From positions 100,254,001 to 100,318,000 of the forward strand of contig OX597819.1 of the NCBI GenBank assembly GCA_951406725.2: DNA of 64,000 nt. The letters run 5' to 3'. Numbering within the stretch: position 1 is the stretch's first letter; each line of letters opens with the position of its first letter. Origin of the DNA: Octopus vulgaris. Its lineage: Eukaryota. The position numbers and the translations under genes are program-made. Shown here in pieces: positions 37,581-51,844 of this stretch. A model generated the notes under the pieces. That model searched no databases, was not told where the DNA came from, and saw nothing but the letters and a program-made list of their open reading frames with translations.

Positions 37581-38406
37581 AAAATTCCAGTTACATATAC
37601 CTAATTCTATCTCACCGAACTGCTTCAGGTTGATGTCAAAATTATAATTAATGATTAAGAGAGACAAATTTTGAAATCAAAGTCATTCAAGCTAGAGGTG
37701 CATTGAAATAAATGAATGAATTCTTTTGCTGAATATACTTCTTTCAAATCAGAAAGACATAAATACATACATACTACACACATACACATAAATATATTTA
37801 TGTATATAGACATTTATAGCAATGTATATATATTGCATTGCTGTTTGGTAAGCAATTTCGCTCTTCAACCATATGGTTTCATGTTCAGTTCCATTGTGCA
37901 ATACCTTGGGCATGTAACTTCTACTATAGCCCCAATACGTACGGAAGCCCTTCATGTATGCACTCGCGTCTTTATATTATAGTTTGCCATAACCGGTCTT
38001 CTTTGACGTCATAGTGTCTTAATCGTTCGTCATAACGACATTGATAAAATAAGTAATTGGGAGCAATTTCCTCTGCTAGTCACTTCGAGATGGTGTACCA
38101 CCCACGGACGCGGTACAATGACTGAAACAATATACGTGCATGTGTGTGTGTGTGTGTGCGTGTGTTCGAATGTTCGTGCTTGGGCGTGTGTGTATGCATG
38201 TGAATGTATGTGCTTGGGCGTGTGTGCATGTGTGTTCATATACAGACATTCATGCAGATATACACACAAAAATGTGTTTATACAAACATATTTGTCAGTA
38301 TGCTCTCGTCTTTTGGTATTAGAATCTGGCACTTTCTGAAGATATGTCCGCACTATGTATGTACTTTATATGTATATACGTGACATAAATGTAAGCACAC
38401 ATACGC

Positions 38407-38488
<82 letters not shown>

Positions 38489-38531
38489 ATATATATATAT
38501 ATATATATATCCATCTATCTATATATATATA

Positions 38532-38586
<55 letters not shown>

Positions 38587-39299
38587 GAAAATGCTATTTC
38601 TAAAATATCTATATATTTACATATACATGCGCTGCGCGCTTGTGTGCACGTGTGTTGTCTCGAATGCATCTGTGAGAGAATGTGGCTAGATGTGTGTTCG
38701 TATATTTAATAGTTTCTCAGTGTATTATTCATGTGTTATTATAGTAGTTGTCTAGCGATGAAGGAAGTGGCTATTCATTTTACTATTTCAACCTTGTTCC
38801 TTGGCTTGGGTCACTGCCTGCCATAACACCGGCCAAACAAATAACGATCTACACACTTTCCCACCATGCACACAACCAGCCGCACACTAACGCTCCTTCC
38901 ACTAACCCGTCACAACTCTTTCCTGCTCTCTATTTTTCCCTCTCTGTATCTGATTTACGCGCGCAAGCGCTCACCAAACACGGGCCAGCCAGCACACCGA
39001 CCAGTCTCTAACGACATCCATCTATGTTCTCTTCTTCTATATACAACTAAACCGTTGTTGACATTTCACAAGTGAATGGATGCGTCGGCCAATGGAAATT
39101 AGGTAGAATCATCGAGCCGTTGGATATTTCGAGAATATTCTTTGGAATTCTTCATTCGAACACAGACTGATTAGTGACGAAGCATTGGATGAAGGATGCG
39201 GGAAGTGGACAGTTGTCTTCATAACATCGCCACATTGACCACTAGAATTAGCGTCAAATATTTTCTGACTCCTTCTTAACACCCAATAAATGGACAACA

Positions 39300-40900
39300 G
39301 AGTAGGTGGTGGTGGTGATTGTGGTGATGGTGGTGGTGATGGCGATGATGATGGAGGTAGTGATTGTGATGGAGATGAGGAGGTGGTACTGTTGGTTGTA
39401 GTACTTGTTTTTTTTTTGTTGACGATGGTATTGATCTCATACATGTTGTTAGTAGGTGGTGTTGGTGGTGTAGCGGTTGTGGTGGTGCTGCTGGTTATAG
39501 AAATGGTGTTTTGATTGTGGTGGTAGTAGTGTTGCTTCTGGTGGCGGTGGTGATGGTTATGGTGCAGGTTGTGATGGAGGGGTGGGCTGTTGCTTGTGGT
39601 TGATGTGGTGTGGAGGTGGTACGGGGATGGTGTGGGTGTCTGGTGTGGGGGACGGTGGGTGGGGCTGGGGCAGTGTGGGGATGATGGTGGTCGTCATTGT
39701 GACTGTGATTCTGGCGTTGTTTGTGGTGGTGGTGACAGTGAATGGTGGTGGAAATGCAGGTTGTGGGGGGTTGCTTATGGTGATGCTGCTGCATGTGGTG
39801 AATGTGGTGGTGGCGGCGGCGGTGGTGGTAGTGGTGGTTGTAATTATTGCAGGTTTTTGTTTTTGGGGATGGTAGTGTTAGTGGTTGGTGGAGCCGGTAT
39901 CAGTGGAGGTGATAATGTTTGTAATGATTGTGGGATAGCTGCAGAGGTGGTTGTGGTATTGATGGAAGTGATGATGCAGCGATAGTTAAAGGGTTGTGTT
40001 GCTGGTAGTGGTGGTGATAGAGGTATAGAATATGGTGGCGAGGATGACGAGAGTTGTTATGATGGTGAGAGAAATGTTGTTGGTGGTTAGTTTCATGTCT
40101 TGGACATTGGTTTGTAGTGGTAGCTTTCGCGATCTGATTTTTTTTAGAGTTAGTAATCAGTTTCTAGTGGTAGCATTAGTGGTGGTGGTGGTTGTATTGT
40201 GGCGGTGGTGATGGTGGTGGCATTGTGGAGGTGATGGTAGTGGTGTTGATAGTGTTGCTGGTGGAGGTGGCAGAAGTGGTAATAGTATTTTGAGGTGGTG
40301 TTGGTATTGAGATGATGGTGGTGGCTGTGTTGGCGATGGTGGCAGTGTTGTTGTTGGTGGTGGTGGTAGTGGTAGCGGCAGAGATGATGGTGAGCATTGT
40401 GGTGGGAAGAGTGGGGTGGTGATGAGGGAAGCGATGCTGGTAGTGTCGGTGGTGGTGTTGGCGGTATTGGTGGTGGTGCTGGTGCTGGTGGTGGTAGTTG
40501 TGGTGGCAGAGATGATGGTGAGGATTGTGGTGGGAAGAGTGAGGGTGGTGATGATGGAAATGATACTGGTGGCGGCGAAGGTAGCGGTAGTATTGGGGGT
40601 GATGGTATTGGTGATGGAGGTGCAGGTATTTTGCCGTGGTGATGGTAGTGGTGATGGTGGTGATGGTGTTTGGTCGTGGCGGTGGTATCGATGACGTTAA
40701 TGGTGTTGCTTGCCAGGGTTTTGTTTGCAATTGTGTTGAGATACGTTGTGATGATGACAATGATAGTAATGATTGTTAACAATGGAATGGTGGTAGTGAG
40801 TATATAAAGGTATTTCTGGAGATTCTATTCTACTGGCATTGATGAAGTAGTAGTGTTAGAAGTTGTTGCTGGTAGTAGTGATGGTGATAGTGGTAGATGT
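39300..40900. repeat. ~1.6-kb degenerate (GGT/GAT/GTT)n low-complexity tract
   Basis: G/T-rich trinucleotide periodicity. The ORFs here are poly-G/V/H/P artefacts. Confidence 0.9.
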
Positions 40901-41197
40901 GCATCTGTTAATATGAACATCTCTATATAAAGAATTACACGAAGAGGTACCGAACGGTTACTGTGTTTGGGTAAAAGAAAATAGAGGAGGATAAGTTAAA
41001 GATAATTTTATGCGACTTATTCAACTCTTTATGTTGTTTGTCTTGTTTTTTAATTTGTGTCCTTTCTTTGTTCGAAAAAATAGTTTATATTCCATGTACT
41101 CGTATTTTTTACAGTGCCAACATATGCATATATATATATGCGTATAGATGTAAGTATGTAGATATATGTATGTATATATGTATATATATATATATAG

Positions 41198-41295
<98 letters not shown>

Positions 41296-41359
41296 TATAG
41301 ATGTAAGCATGTAGATATACGTATGTATATATGCATATATATACTACATATATACTACA

Positions 41360-41669
<310 letters not shown>

Positions 41670-42539
41670 ATTTATTTCAAAAAGTTTTGCCGTAAAGGCA
41701 TGATACGCAGTACCTTGCGGGCTGGACATAAGCATTGATGAGATGAATGAGGAAATAAAATGATATTAATGGGAAAAGACAAAAAACGCCCGCCGATGTC
41801 TTGCTTCTCTAAAACATTTTGCACAAAATCAAAAAGCCGAGGTATTGAACTTCTTACTTCCGTTTTACAATCATTGGACTTAATCCATTTACAAATTGAA
41901 ACATTACTATTTTTGACACAAAAAAAAAAAAACAGACCGAGGTACTGAACCTTTTCCTTCTGTTTTTACAATTATTGGACTCAATAGTCTATTTACAAAT
42001 TGAGGCGCTGAGCCTCTTACAAACTTAAACATTATGACACTGAGGCTTTTCAACCTCTTGTCAATTGTCCTCCCCAACATCGCTTGTACCCGTATACTCC
42101 GCCATTACCCACGCCTCGTTTAAAACTAAGGCGGGCTCCGAGCTGGCATTGCCCGGCCACAAGCGATATTCCTCTTCGAGTCCCTCCAGCCTACATATCA
42201 CGGGCAACGTTATGGCCTCCACAGCTATCTGCGGAGGCCATTCGGCTACCCGTGTGAAAATTAAAGGTATCCCCTTATAGTGTTTTTCCACCACCTTTTC
42301 CACCTGTCCACCTCTATCTTTACTCTTACTCTTTTACTCTTTTACTTGTTTCAGTCATTTGACTGCGGCCATGATGGAGCACCGCCTTTAGTCGAGCAAA
42401 TCGACCCCGGGACTTATTCTTTGTAAGCCCAGTATTTATTCTATCGGTCTCTTTTGCCGAACCGCTATGTGACGGGGACGTAAACACACTAGCATCGGTT
42501 GTCAAGCAATGCTAGGGAGACAAACACAGACACACAAAC

Positions 42540-42570
<31 letters not shown>

Positions 42571-43983
42571 CATATATACGACAGGCTTCTTTCAGTTTCC
42601 GTCTACCAAATCCACTCACAAGGCATTGGTCGGCCCGGGGCTATAGCAGAAAACACTTGCCCAAGATGCCACGCAGTGGGACTGAACCCGGAACCATGTG
42701 GTTGGTAAACAAGCTACTTACCACACAGCCACCCCTGCGCCTATGTAGAAGATCAATAATTTGTCTTCTTCTGGCGTCAAGGTAGTCAATTCTACCGTTG
42801 CCGGCACAATTCCCGCCAACGGTGTCTCTTCCGCTGCTGATGGCACAACCGACGAGGTTCCGGGATATTCCGATGCCATGACACCGACTGCAGGCAATGT
42901 CCCGTTTTTCTCCCTCTTCCTCATTTTTTCTTCTCAACTGGAGGAGGGGGTGCGTCTCTCTCCGTGACCGGGAGATTCGCCTCTCCTCCCTCATCCCTAG
43001 GATCCTTCGGTGAGCACCCATTGTTGCTCACCTTCTTCCTCTTGCTGCCTTTCTTTAAGGAGTACTCCGTCTCCTCTGCCGCCTTCGTTCCTTCTTCTAC
43101 TCTATCAACTGCTCCAGGACATTGCTTTGTTCCTGAGGACAGTTTTTCTTTATATGGCCATGCTCCAGGCACCGATGACATGTGGGTGGGAGAGACCCTC
43201 AAGAATCACCGGATCCCTGCACCCGGCCATCCTAAAAACATTTGGAAAAAACAGATTATCGGTTGATTGGGTCCACAGGGTCAAAACTGCTTCCGATCCC
43301 ACCCAATGAGCCGCAGGCCGAATTTTGACATTTATGAGCTTGGCTCTGCTGCCAACCAGACCCCGACGGATAGTGTCTTCGATATTTTCTAGCTCTATTC
43401 CGGGTGGTAGCCCACACACCCAACCTCTTGTCAATTTCCTTCCACTCTGCGGGGAGAAACAGAATTATCTCCTCTTCCAAGGTTTGGCTCGCAAAATCTC
43501 GAGCCTCCGCAGGGGTGTCAAACGGCAACCACACCAAAATGTTTCAAATAAAAAGTCAAGTAAAAACACAAAACAGAACAGGAACACAGAGCAGAGAAAA
43601 AGAACGAAGGAAGACAGTTCAATTCACAGCAACACAATTTCGCCACTCAGGTAATCCACAAGAATACATAAAAATTCCTCTACGAATTCATAAATTTTCC
43701 AAATTTTGGTATCGAGTCACGCCCACCAAAACAACAATACTCACAGATAAGTGAGTCATCGGTGCGACCGCAGCAGACAAATATCTGGGAACCAGTGAGG
43801 ATTTCTTATTCGAGATAAAAACAATATCAAAAAATTAAAAATTCCCCACCGAATGCCTAAAAAGACAGATGCCTACCTTGCAGTCGCGCCTTCAGTTGTT
43901 CTTTAATTCAAGACGGCTTCCAAGCACGTCTTGGCAGTGTTCACTCTCATAAGTGACTGACAAACTCAAGCATGCTTAAGCGA
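41670..43983 (-). mobile_element. Apparently full-length ORF1-only non-LTR retroelement (HAL1-like architecture), ~1.9 kb excluding the nested SINE
   Basis: 5'UTR ~43983-43540. Frameshifted ORF: VWLPFDTPAEARDFA...RGWVCGLPPGIELENI...VILEG-PPTCHRCLEHGHIKKNCP (CCHC at 43139-43180), a charged linker, and a C-terminal segment ending at 42061. The 3'UTR has a ~100-bp internal duplication and AATAAA at 41676-41671. Degenerate 13-bp TSD. No endonuclease or RT. Confidence 0.72.
42318..42742 (-). mobile_element. SINE family C (full length, well preserved) nested in the ORF1-only element
   Basis: Complete head ggcgcaggggtggctgtgtggtaag...gggttcagtccc, and tail ggcggtgctccatcatggccgcagtcaaatgactgaaac(aagagta)n. 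Confidence 0.92.
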
Positions 43984-44567
43984 AGTAAGGAAGCAACTTA
44001 TCTCACGGCCACTCTTGCATTTATTCGAACTTAGGGTAAGCTAAAATATGTTTTTGTGACAAAATCCATCTCCTAAAGATAAAAATCCACTGCACTTACT
44101 ATAGTAGAAGTTGTAAAAACACCATATCTGTCCATTTTTACTCACTACCAGATTCCCAGACGCAGCATTTTTTTAGCTCTTTTGCCTTCTTCAATGCAAA
44201 ATTCTGATGAGAGGTAAATCTGAGCAGATTTATTGCTGTAGCTTTAATCAAAACTCAGTCAAAAAGCATTTGTTTTAAATATTGTTTCTTGGAAAATATA
44301 TTTTCGTTCCCTTTTATGCAAACTGTCAAATTTAGCCCGGACGCATGTATATTCACGCTACGTGTAGTGCTCACACAGCATGTAAAAAAATATATAAGTG
44401 GACATCGGGTATACAACTATATATATAGGCTTGTGTGTGTTTTTGCAGTTTAAAACGGAAACTGTCTACCTTTAGCTAACACACAATCTAAAAACTCAGT
44501 AATACACACTGACATAAAAAAATCCCCATATATATGCACATGTATACAGCTCACGCTTTCATTCTCG

Positions 44568-44602
<35 letters not shown>

Positions 44603-44622
44603 TGTGTGAGTGTGTGTGTGTA

Positions 44623-44664
<42 letters not shown>

Positions 44665-46416
44665 TGTATGTATGCATGTGTTTGTATGTATGTTTGTATG
44701 TATGTATACAGGTGCGCAATACAATACAGAATCTGAACATAAAAATCGAAAAATTTCTTGAGGGTCACAAATACTACATTGTTTTCACTGATGAGATTGA
44801 TGAAATTTAATTGTTTCTTTTTAAAATTAAGTTTAGAAGTTTCTTGCCTTTATAACATCGTCATTATACAATACATTCTCTGTGATACGCCATGTCGGTT
44901 AATGACATTAAATTTGTTTTTTTATATATATATACGTTAGTTGTATATGGACATCATCTCAGTAAAACACAAGTTTCGTGAAGAAAATCAAAGGAAAATT
45001 CAGAAATACTTAAATAATTAAATATGTATAAGAATTATATACAAAAAGAAAACAATGGAAAAAACAAAAACAAAAATAAATATTGTGCAAAAAATTCTTA
45101 AAACATGCAGTTTAATAATACAAACAAGCAACTTTTGCAACATTTTTTTGCTCGCTAAGAACGATGATAGATTTTGTTTTAACGTACGGTTTTTTTAAAT
45201 TTATTTTTTAACATTTAAATTTTTTTTCGATATTTTTTCGTGCATCGTTGTTACACATTTTTCTTAATAACGTATTTTGTTTCTATGATTTATTTTTTTA
45301 CTGTTCATTTTTCATTTCCATTGCCTCTTGTTTTTGTTGTTCAATATATGATTACATATGCGGTATCATTTGGTATTACGTAAGAGGTGAAAGCTTATAG
45401 AGTTGTATCTTCTATATTGTTTTCATTCATGAGCTAAGGCTTTTCACTTTACATATACCTATTATGCTAATTGCAAAAAAAAGGTATACTATCCATGGTA
45501 TTTCGTTCGGTCTGAGTTTTAGTCCTATCAAATTCATATATGCCTTTCATCATTACACATTATCTATCAAGCACTAGAGTAGATATTATAGACTTATCAC
45601 TTCCCACAATTTTCCGTCCTTATACTTATCCTAAAGACATAAGACTAAAATATAAACTCGAATGGAGATTTTGTTTACTATTTATTCAAACTGTTTGAAT
45701 CATATAGATTTGGTGGGATCTTTTCTGCTACTGTGACAGTTTTCTTGTTTTGCATATTTTTGTTGCAATTGTTTTCAAATTTAGTATACTAATGTAGTTT
45801 TATGTGCTAACTATGGAAATGAAATTCATTTTTGCCATAAATTAATAAATAAATAGTGAATACCATTTTGGGTAATTCCATGGCAAACGAAAGCCACAAA
45901 TATATTGGTGCCTGTTTCCATTATAACAAAGTTGTAGTCTGCTTAAAACTGCAACTACATGTATGTTCTTTACCCATCTATCTTCTTTTACAGGTGCCTA
46001 TTTTCTGAATATTTGTACTTTTTACCTGTCTGTTTTTGTTTTTAAACGGATATTTTTGGTCGCTTTCCTCTCACTTCCTCATTTTCGTCATTTTCACCAG
46101 TGTTTTTTTGAGAAACTGATATTTTCGGTTGCTGCCTAGTTACTATTTCACCTCAATTTAATAATTTTAGGTATGAGTTTTCCTGGAACTTTTCAGTTTA
46201 AATGGAAGTATGACCGAAAACAACTCACTTAATGTTTCGAGTAGGATGGAAAAACCAAACAGAATACGGTTTCTTACTTGCAAGAGAAGGTTGTTATCCC
46301 TAAAAGAAATGTATGTCCAAAATGACACTATAATGATGTTTCGCGGGAAAATTTACTTGGCGACGGTTCGTGCATTTTATGTTCAAGGTAATCCTTGATC
46401 TGGCAATTGAAGAAAT

Positions 46417-46486
<70 letters not shown>

Positions 46487-46697
46487 TATGATGATGTTGA
46501 TGATGATGATAATGATGGTGGTGGTGGTGGTGGTGGTGGTGATGATGATGATGATGACGATGATGACGATGATGACGACGACGACGACGATGCGGCCGTC
46601 GCGGCTGCCATCCTTCTCCTATCTTGAATTCCATATTTCTGTTCTTTACTTTATTTGTCGCTTCTGCATACTTAGATGTTGTGTATTGTTGTATTTG

Positions 46698-46765
46698 TCA
46701 CTTCGTCTCCTTTCACTCACTTCGTCTCCTTTCACTCACTTCGTCTCCTTTCACTCACTTCGTCT
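46698..46765. repeat. 19-bp minisatellite tcacttcgtctcctttcac, ~3.6 copies
   Basis: Units start at 46698, 46717, 46736 and 46755. Confidence 0.95.
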
Positions 46766-47752
46766 TTTTTTTTTAACAAAATCATACTTCTTTTTCTATG
46801 TAACTTATTCTCTTTACTTATTCTCTTTCATTTCTTTGAAACATTACTTACCCCTCAAAATCTCTCTTCTTCCAGTCTTTAAATCCCACTTCCTTCCTTC
46901 AGTAAATTAGCATGTTGTCAAGGACTGAGTTTCTGGATTCACTTCTCCTTTCACAATTTCTTGAACTCTACATCTCTATTTCTTACATTATTTGTCGCTT
47001 CCACGATCTTTCACTCTGCATTACTTTTGTTTATCACGTTCTCTTCTTACTTAATACATTTTTTCTTTAACTCACCCTATCTATTTGAAACAAATCATAC
47101 ACGTTTTACTATGTATCTTACTCTGAGAATAAACTCTCCTTCATTTGAAGCTTTCATTTCTTTCAAACATGACTTCCTCTTAAAGTCTCTGTTTTTTCCC
47201 ATTCTTTAAATCCCACTTCATTTCTTCAGTAAACTTCTTATCCTTTCTTTCTAAATCTCTTTCTCTTCACATACAATCATATTCCCTTTTCTCTCTCTAA
47301 TTAACTCTCTCAGCTTACTCTATACCACGCGTTCTCTGCTCCTCACCGACCCACGCATCTACAGCTACTACAACTTCTTGAGTTCGGTGTTAATCTGTGA
47401 GAGATCAACACTGGTAATTTCATAGTTTTGTCTGGAATCATTAGCTTCGGACATCACCCTCTGACATCTGGAGCGTAAAAGACAAGGCGAAGTAATATTT
47501 GGTCAATTATATCCGCTCTACTGATTACATCGTGTTTGGGCTTCATTTGGGATGCGGAGATTTTGAGAAGCGAGACATGAAGAAGAATAAACGATAGCAA
47601 TAAGAACAACAACGACAAAACCACCACCAATAAAAACAACAACAACAAAAGCAATAGCAGCAACAACAACAACGGCAGCAGCAGTAGCAACAACATTACG
47701 AATGTTACAAGAAAACTCAGAATAATTACAAGCAACCTAAAATAGAATACAC

Positions 47753-47799
<47 letters not shown>

Positions 47800-48088
47800 A
47801 ATATCGAACGAAGAGCAGAAATGAAGAAAATAAGAAGAAACGTAAGGAAAATGGTCAGATAGAAGGACAAATACAAATAATGGAATACAGAAAGAGAGAA
47901 ATGAAGAGATAACTCATCAGCATCCTTTAAAAAGGGAAGAGCATGATGAGCAACGTAGTTTTGGATACACTATATCTACACAAAAGATGCGATGGTCAAG
48001 GTTGTAGTGTCTACTATTATCCCTAGTATCGCTTATGTACGATCAAGGGATACAGGAGGTACAACAGCAGACACAAGTAGTAGTAGTC

Positions 48089-48151
<63 letters not shown>

Positions 48152-48286
48152 ACAGAAGCAGCAATGAAGGTATTAACAACAACTACAGCAGCAGCAACAC
48201 GGCGGCGGCGGTGGTGACGGCGGTGACAGCGACAATAACAACAGCAGCGGCGGTGACAGTGGCAACAGCTCAGTGCCAGCAGCAGC

Positions 48287-48675
48287 AGATAGATCTGGAA
48301 ATCCTGGAAGAACTAGTACCAAATTTTGGCATTGAATGTTGCACAAACTGCAGCACAGGAAACCACTGCATAGTGCTAAAAATCCCATCTTGGGTTTCAG
48401 GGGCCCACAGCTCTTCAGTATCCTCCACAAAAGTCTGTGAGACCTACATGGGGTGAATGTAGGTTCCTTCAAAACAAAACTAGATCTCCCCTCGAGAGCT
48501 ACAGAATCTACCTTGCGGCGTGGAACGCAGATGTAGATAGCCGCCTCAAATTCCCTCATTCACCAAATGCCACACACCAGAAAAGGTTTTAATTAGTAAA
48601 AATGTAGCAAAGTTAACAGCGGTACTCCAACATAGCCGATGCTCACGAGCTGAAACAATTAAAAGAATTAAAAGA
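48287..48675 (+). mobile_element. CR1/L2-like LINE 3' end
   Basis: ILEELVPNFGIE...LGFRGPQLFSILHKSL*DLHGVNVGSFKTKLDL...AASNSLIHQM, then tail gcggtactccaacatagcc..gctcacgagctgaaac(aattaaaag)n. Same family as 35112-35315. Confidence 0.85.
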
Positions 48676-49016
48676 GAGAGAGTCGGAGGAAACGCTTATA
48701 ATTATTTCTTCTGACGAGCTAACGATTTTGCCGGCCCCACGCCTATCACGAATTAGTCTATAATAAAACGTACCTTATTAGTTGCATAAAATGCATTAGC
48801 TCTAGGTACATTATATCTATAGGATATAGACAGGATGGTCACGATGTAACACTTTTGTTTTAAGCCTGCTCAAAGAAGACTAATCTGGAGTTTAATAACA
48901 GCAAAAAAACAATTTCATATCTTCCCTCAGTACATAATAAAACGGTTCGTATGAAAGACCTATTTAGTCTTTTATGTGTAGTAATATTTAGTTGAAAAAT
49001 ATCGAGCATATAGATT

Positions 49017-49344
49017 GAGGAGAACCACTGCGGTCATGAACGACCATGGGATTGCACCTTCGAGGCACAAGTCCGAGCAAGGTTGTTTGTGGATGGCCAA
49101 CTGTCGCCCGTGCATACCAGCCTCCCCTCTCCACACCACTGATGTTATCCAAGGAAAAGGCAAAGGCCGACACAGCTTGGCACGATACAGTAATGTCGCA
49201 AATCATTTCTACAGCTTAGGTAACTGGGGCAACGTGAAATAAAGTGTCTTGCTCAAGAACACAATACGCAACCCGTTCCAGGAATCGAACTCACAATCTC
49301 ACAATCGTAAGCTCGACGCTGTAACTACTGAGCCATGCGCCTTC
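49017..49344 (-). mobile_element. SINE family A
   Basis: Homologous to 2968-3312. TSD-like cgagcata(ta)gatt on both sides. Confidence 0.9.
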
Positions 49345-49907
49345 ACGAGCATAGATTATCCATCAATTATTAGACAAATAGGCATCCTCTAGGAACTGTT
49401 AAGTCTGAAGACATGGGAGACAATATCAGTATGGTCAACTGCTCAAATTTTGTGGGTTTATATAGACAATAGACGCAGGCGTGTCTTTGTGCTTAAGAAA
49501 CTTGCTCCCCAATCATACGAACTTGAGTTCAGTCCCACAGTGTGTCACCTTGACAGTATCTTCTACTTCAGTCAATAAAAGCCTTGTGGGTGGGGTTGCT
49601 AGCCGGAAAAGGAAAGAAATCCATGTGTGCGTGTGTGTATTTATCCTAACAGAATATACACAAAATCACTGTATTGATCAAAATAACAAGGACAAAGAAG
49701 AATGTGCCTCGGGTGACTTTCTTCATAACGCACGCTCCTCTAACCGACACAGCTACCAGACTACATAGTAATCCAATACAGAGAAGTGTAATGCAGTGTC
49801 TTGCCGTTGAAACCCAAAAGGTACGATCTATGTAATTACTTCATGGAGACTGTGAAAAACCATAAAAATTCAGGATATATATGAAATGATTTTGTTTAGT
49901 TAACCCA

Positions 49908-50107
49908 AGGCGGTGGGCTGGTAGAATTGTTAGCACGCCGGGGAAAATGCTTAGCTGCATTTTGTCCGTCTTTAGGCTTTGAGTTCAAATTCCGCGGGGG
50001 GTTAACTTTACCTTTCATATTTTCGGGATCGATAAATTAAGTACCAGTTGAGCACTGGGGTCGATGTAGTCGACTTACCCCCTTCCCCGAACATAATTTG
50101 AAAGCAA
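49908..50107 (+). mobile_element. SINE family B
   Basis: ggcggtgggctggtagaattgttagcacgccggg...gagttcaaattccgc...gataaattaagtaccagttgagcactggggtcgatgt. Confidence 0.85.
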
Positions 50108-50762
50108 TGTATTTATTCAATCACCTGATATCCTAATGGTTACGGCCGTTTTAGAGCCTTCTTCATGTAGTAACTTTCTATTTTTATTTATATAATAATT
50201 TTATATAGTTTTTAAAGCTATTTACTTTTAAAAATTTATTTTCACTACTATCCTTCGTCCTTTTATGCTTTCTTGTTTTTTCTTCACATTAAGGATGGTC
50301 ACCTTACTAAACTTCTAATTAGCACTTTAATTGATGCGAAGCAACATATCTTTGTTTTTACTGATCAAACCAAGCTAATTTTGGGCTTCCTTAAATTGTA
50401 TATATAATGAGAAAATTATCCTTGTATATTAAGAATTGAATTGCTTAAGTAACTATGACGTTCTGCCGATCTGACGTGCTAGGTTTCTTTGTTTGCATTG
50501 ATTTGTGAATATACAATTGTATTATATAATGCATAGCATGTATATAAATACAAACATGTAAACATGAATTTATTCCATACTAAAATTATTGCTACGTGAA
50601 GAAGACTGTGAAACGGCGGTCATCCTATATATGTCAAGAGGTTAAATAAATATATTCACTTCTCACACCTCCTGGCTTTTTAAAGATTTTATACACACAC
50701 ATATTTATATATATATATATATATATATACGCATATATATACGCACACACATACATGCGTGG

Positions 50763-50800
<38 letters not shown>

Positions 50801-51028
50801 GTAGTGTGTGTGCGTGCGCGCGTATGTGAGAAGCGAAACATCTACACAAATGCAATATTGTCAATAACAGAAAGACAATGGAAACACTAAGATAAAATTA
50901 TGGCAACACCTACAGAAAGGCAATAGCAACTGCTGTACTAACGACATATAGAAAAGTACAAACAGGCACAAAAGCAGTACTAACAAACAAGGCAAATACT
51001 GTCAAATCAACTCGGCAAAACAGATATA

Positions 51029-51325
51029 TCTTTATATATAAAAGAGAGGTTGTGTGTCTGTCTCCTACGATTTAGATTCCTAACTACTCCCACATTTTGC
51101 GGTGCAGTTTAACCAAAACCGGGTATCTTATAGTCGTGATTCATATCGAGCTCTTCATGGTATTAGCGCGCGTCTACGATGAGTCTACGATTTAAAAAAA
51201 AAATTACCATCATTTTTTCCATTTTAATGCATTTTTTCGCTATTATATAAGGGAAGTAACTCTCTAAAAATGCTTATATAGTTATTTCCCCTACAAACCC
51301 GAGCAACGCCGGGCGATACTGCTAG
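51029..51325 (+). mobile_element. Non-autonomous Helitron (297 bp)
   Basis: A|TC...CTAG|T junctions with no TSD. 5' end tctttatatataaaa. Subterminal hairpin cccgagcaacgccggg at 51298-51313. Confidence 0.9.
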
Positions 51326-51499
51326 TCAAATATACAATGATTGTGTCAGGTTCAACATTATTAACCATAGCAGCACGGATAACAATATAAAAGCAAGTAT
51401 TGCAGCAAACAGTATTAGCACAAAACCAACATGACAAAAATAAAAAACAACAATGTTAATATCAAGAATAGGAGAATCCAAGTACCTACCAAGAAGTGT

Positions 51500-51700
51500 T
51501 ACGTGGTTGGTCAAGTTGCTGGAAATAGGACTTAAGTCTCACTACTGGTTCATCCTTCTGTCTTGAGAAAAGTAAGGTCATTTATGAATGATAATGTAGT
51601 CTTAGATATGCTATTCCTGAAAATAAGCCATGAATGTTACGAACAAAGGCCCTTTGACCATAAGTTTACTGGCTGAAGAGTGACCTATGGCTAAACAGCA
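51500..51700 (+). repeat. Old, highly diverged interspersed repeat (relatives at ~52470-52650, 48830-48905 and minus ~21085-21135)
   Basis: Shared motifs gaaatag...aaatc..cctcaaatcaca, gatggtca, ctttg.tcata and gctaaaca, seen by eye. Confidence 0.45.
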
Positions 51701-51844
51701 TCAGTTCTATAAAATTTAGTTGATACTGGCATTAACAGCTAAAGACAGCAGGGAAACCTTTAAATGGTATCTCGGCTTTTTTAATAACAACCAAATCGTC
51801 ATGAAATTCATCCCTATCCTTTTAAGGAAAGAAAGGCGTATAAT

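Noticed and set aside
46698-46765. Regular short repeats (also taacggtcatt x3 at 28181-28259) as a CRISPR-like array
   Set aside because: The context is eukaryotic with no cas genes, and the units are contiguous or too short and few. They are ordinary minisatellite or internal TE repeats.
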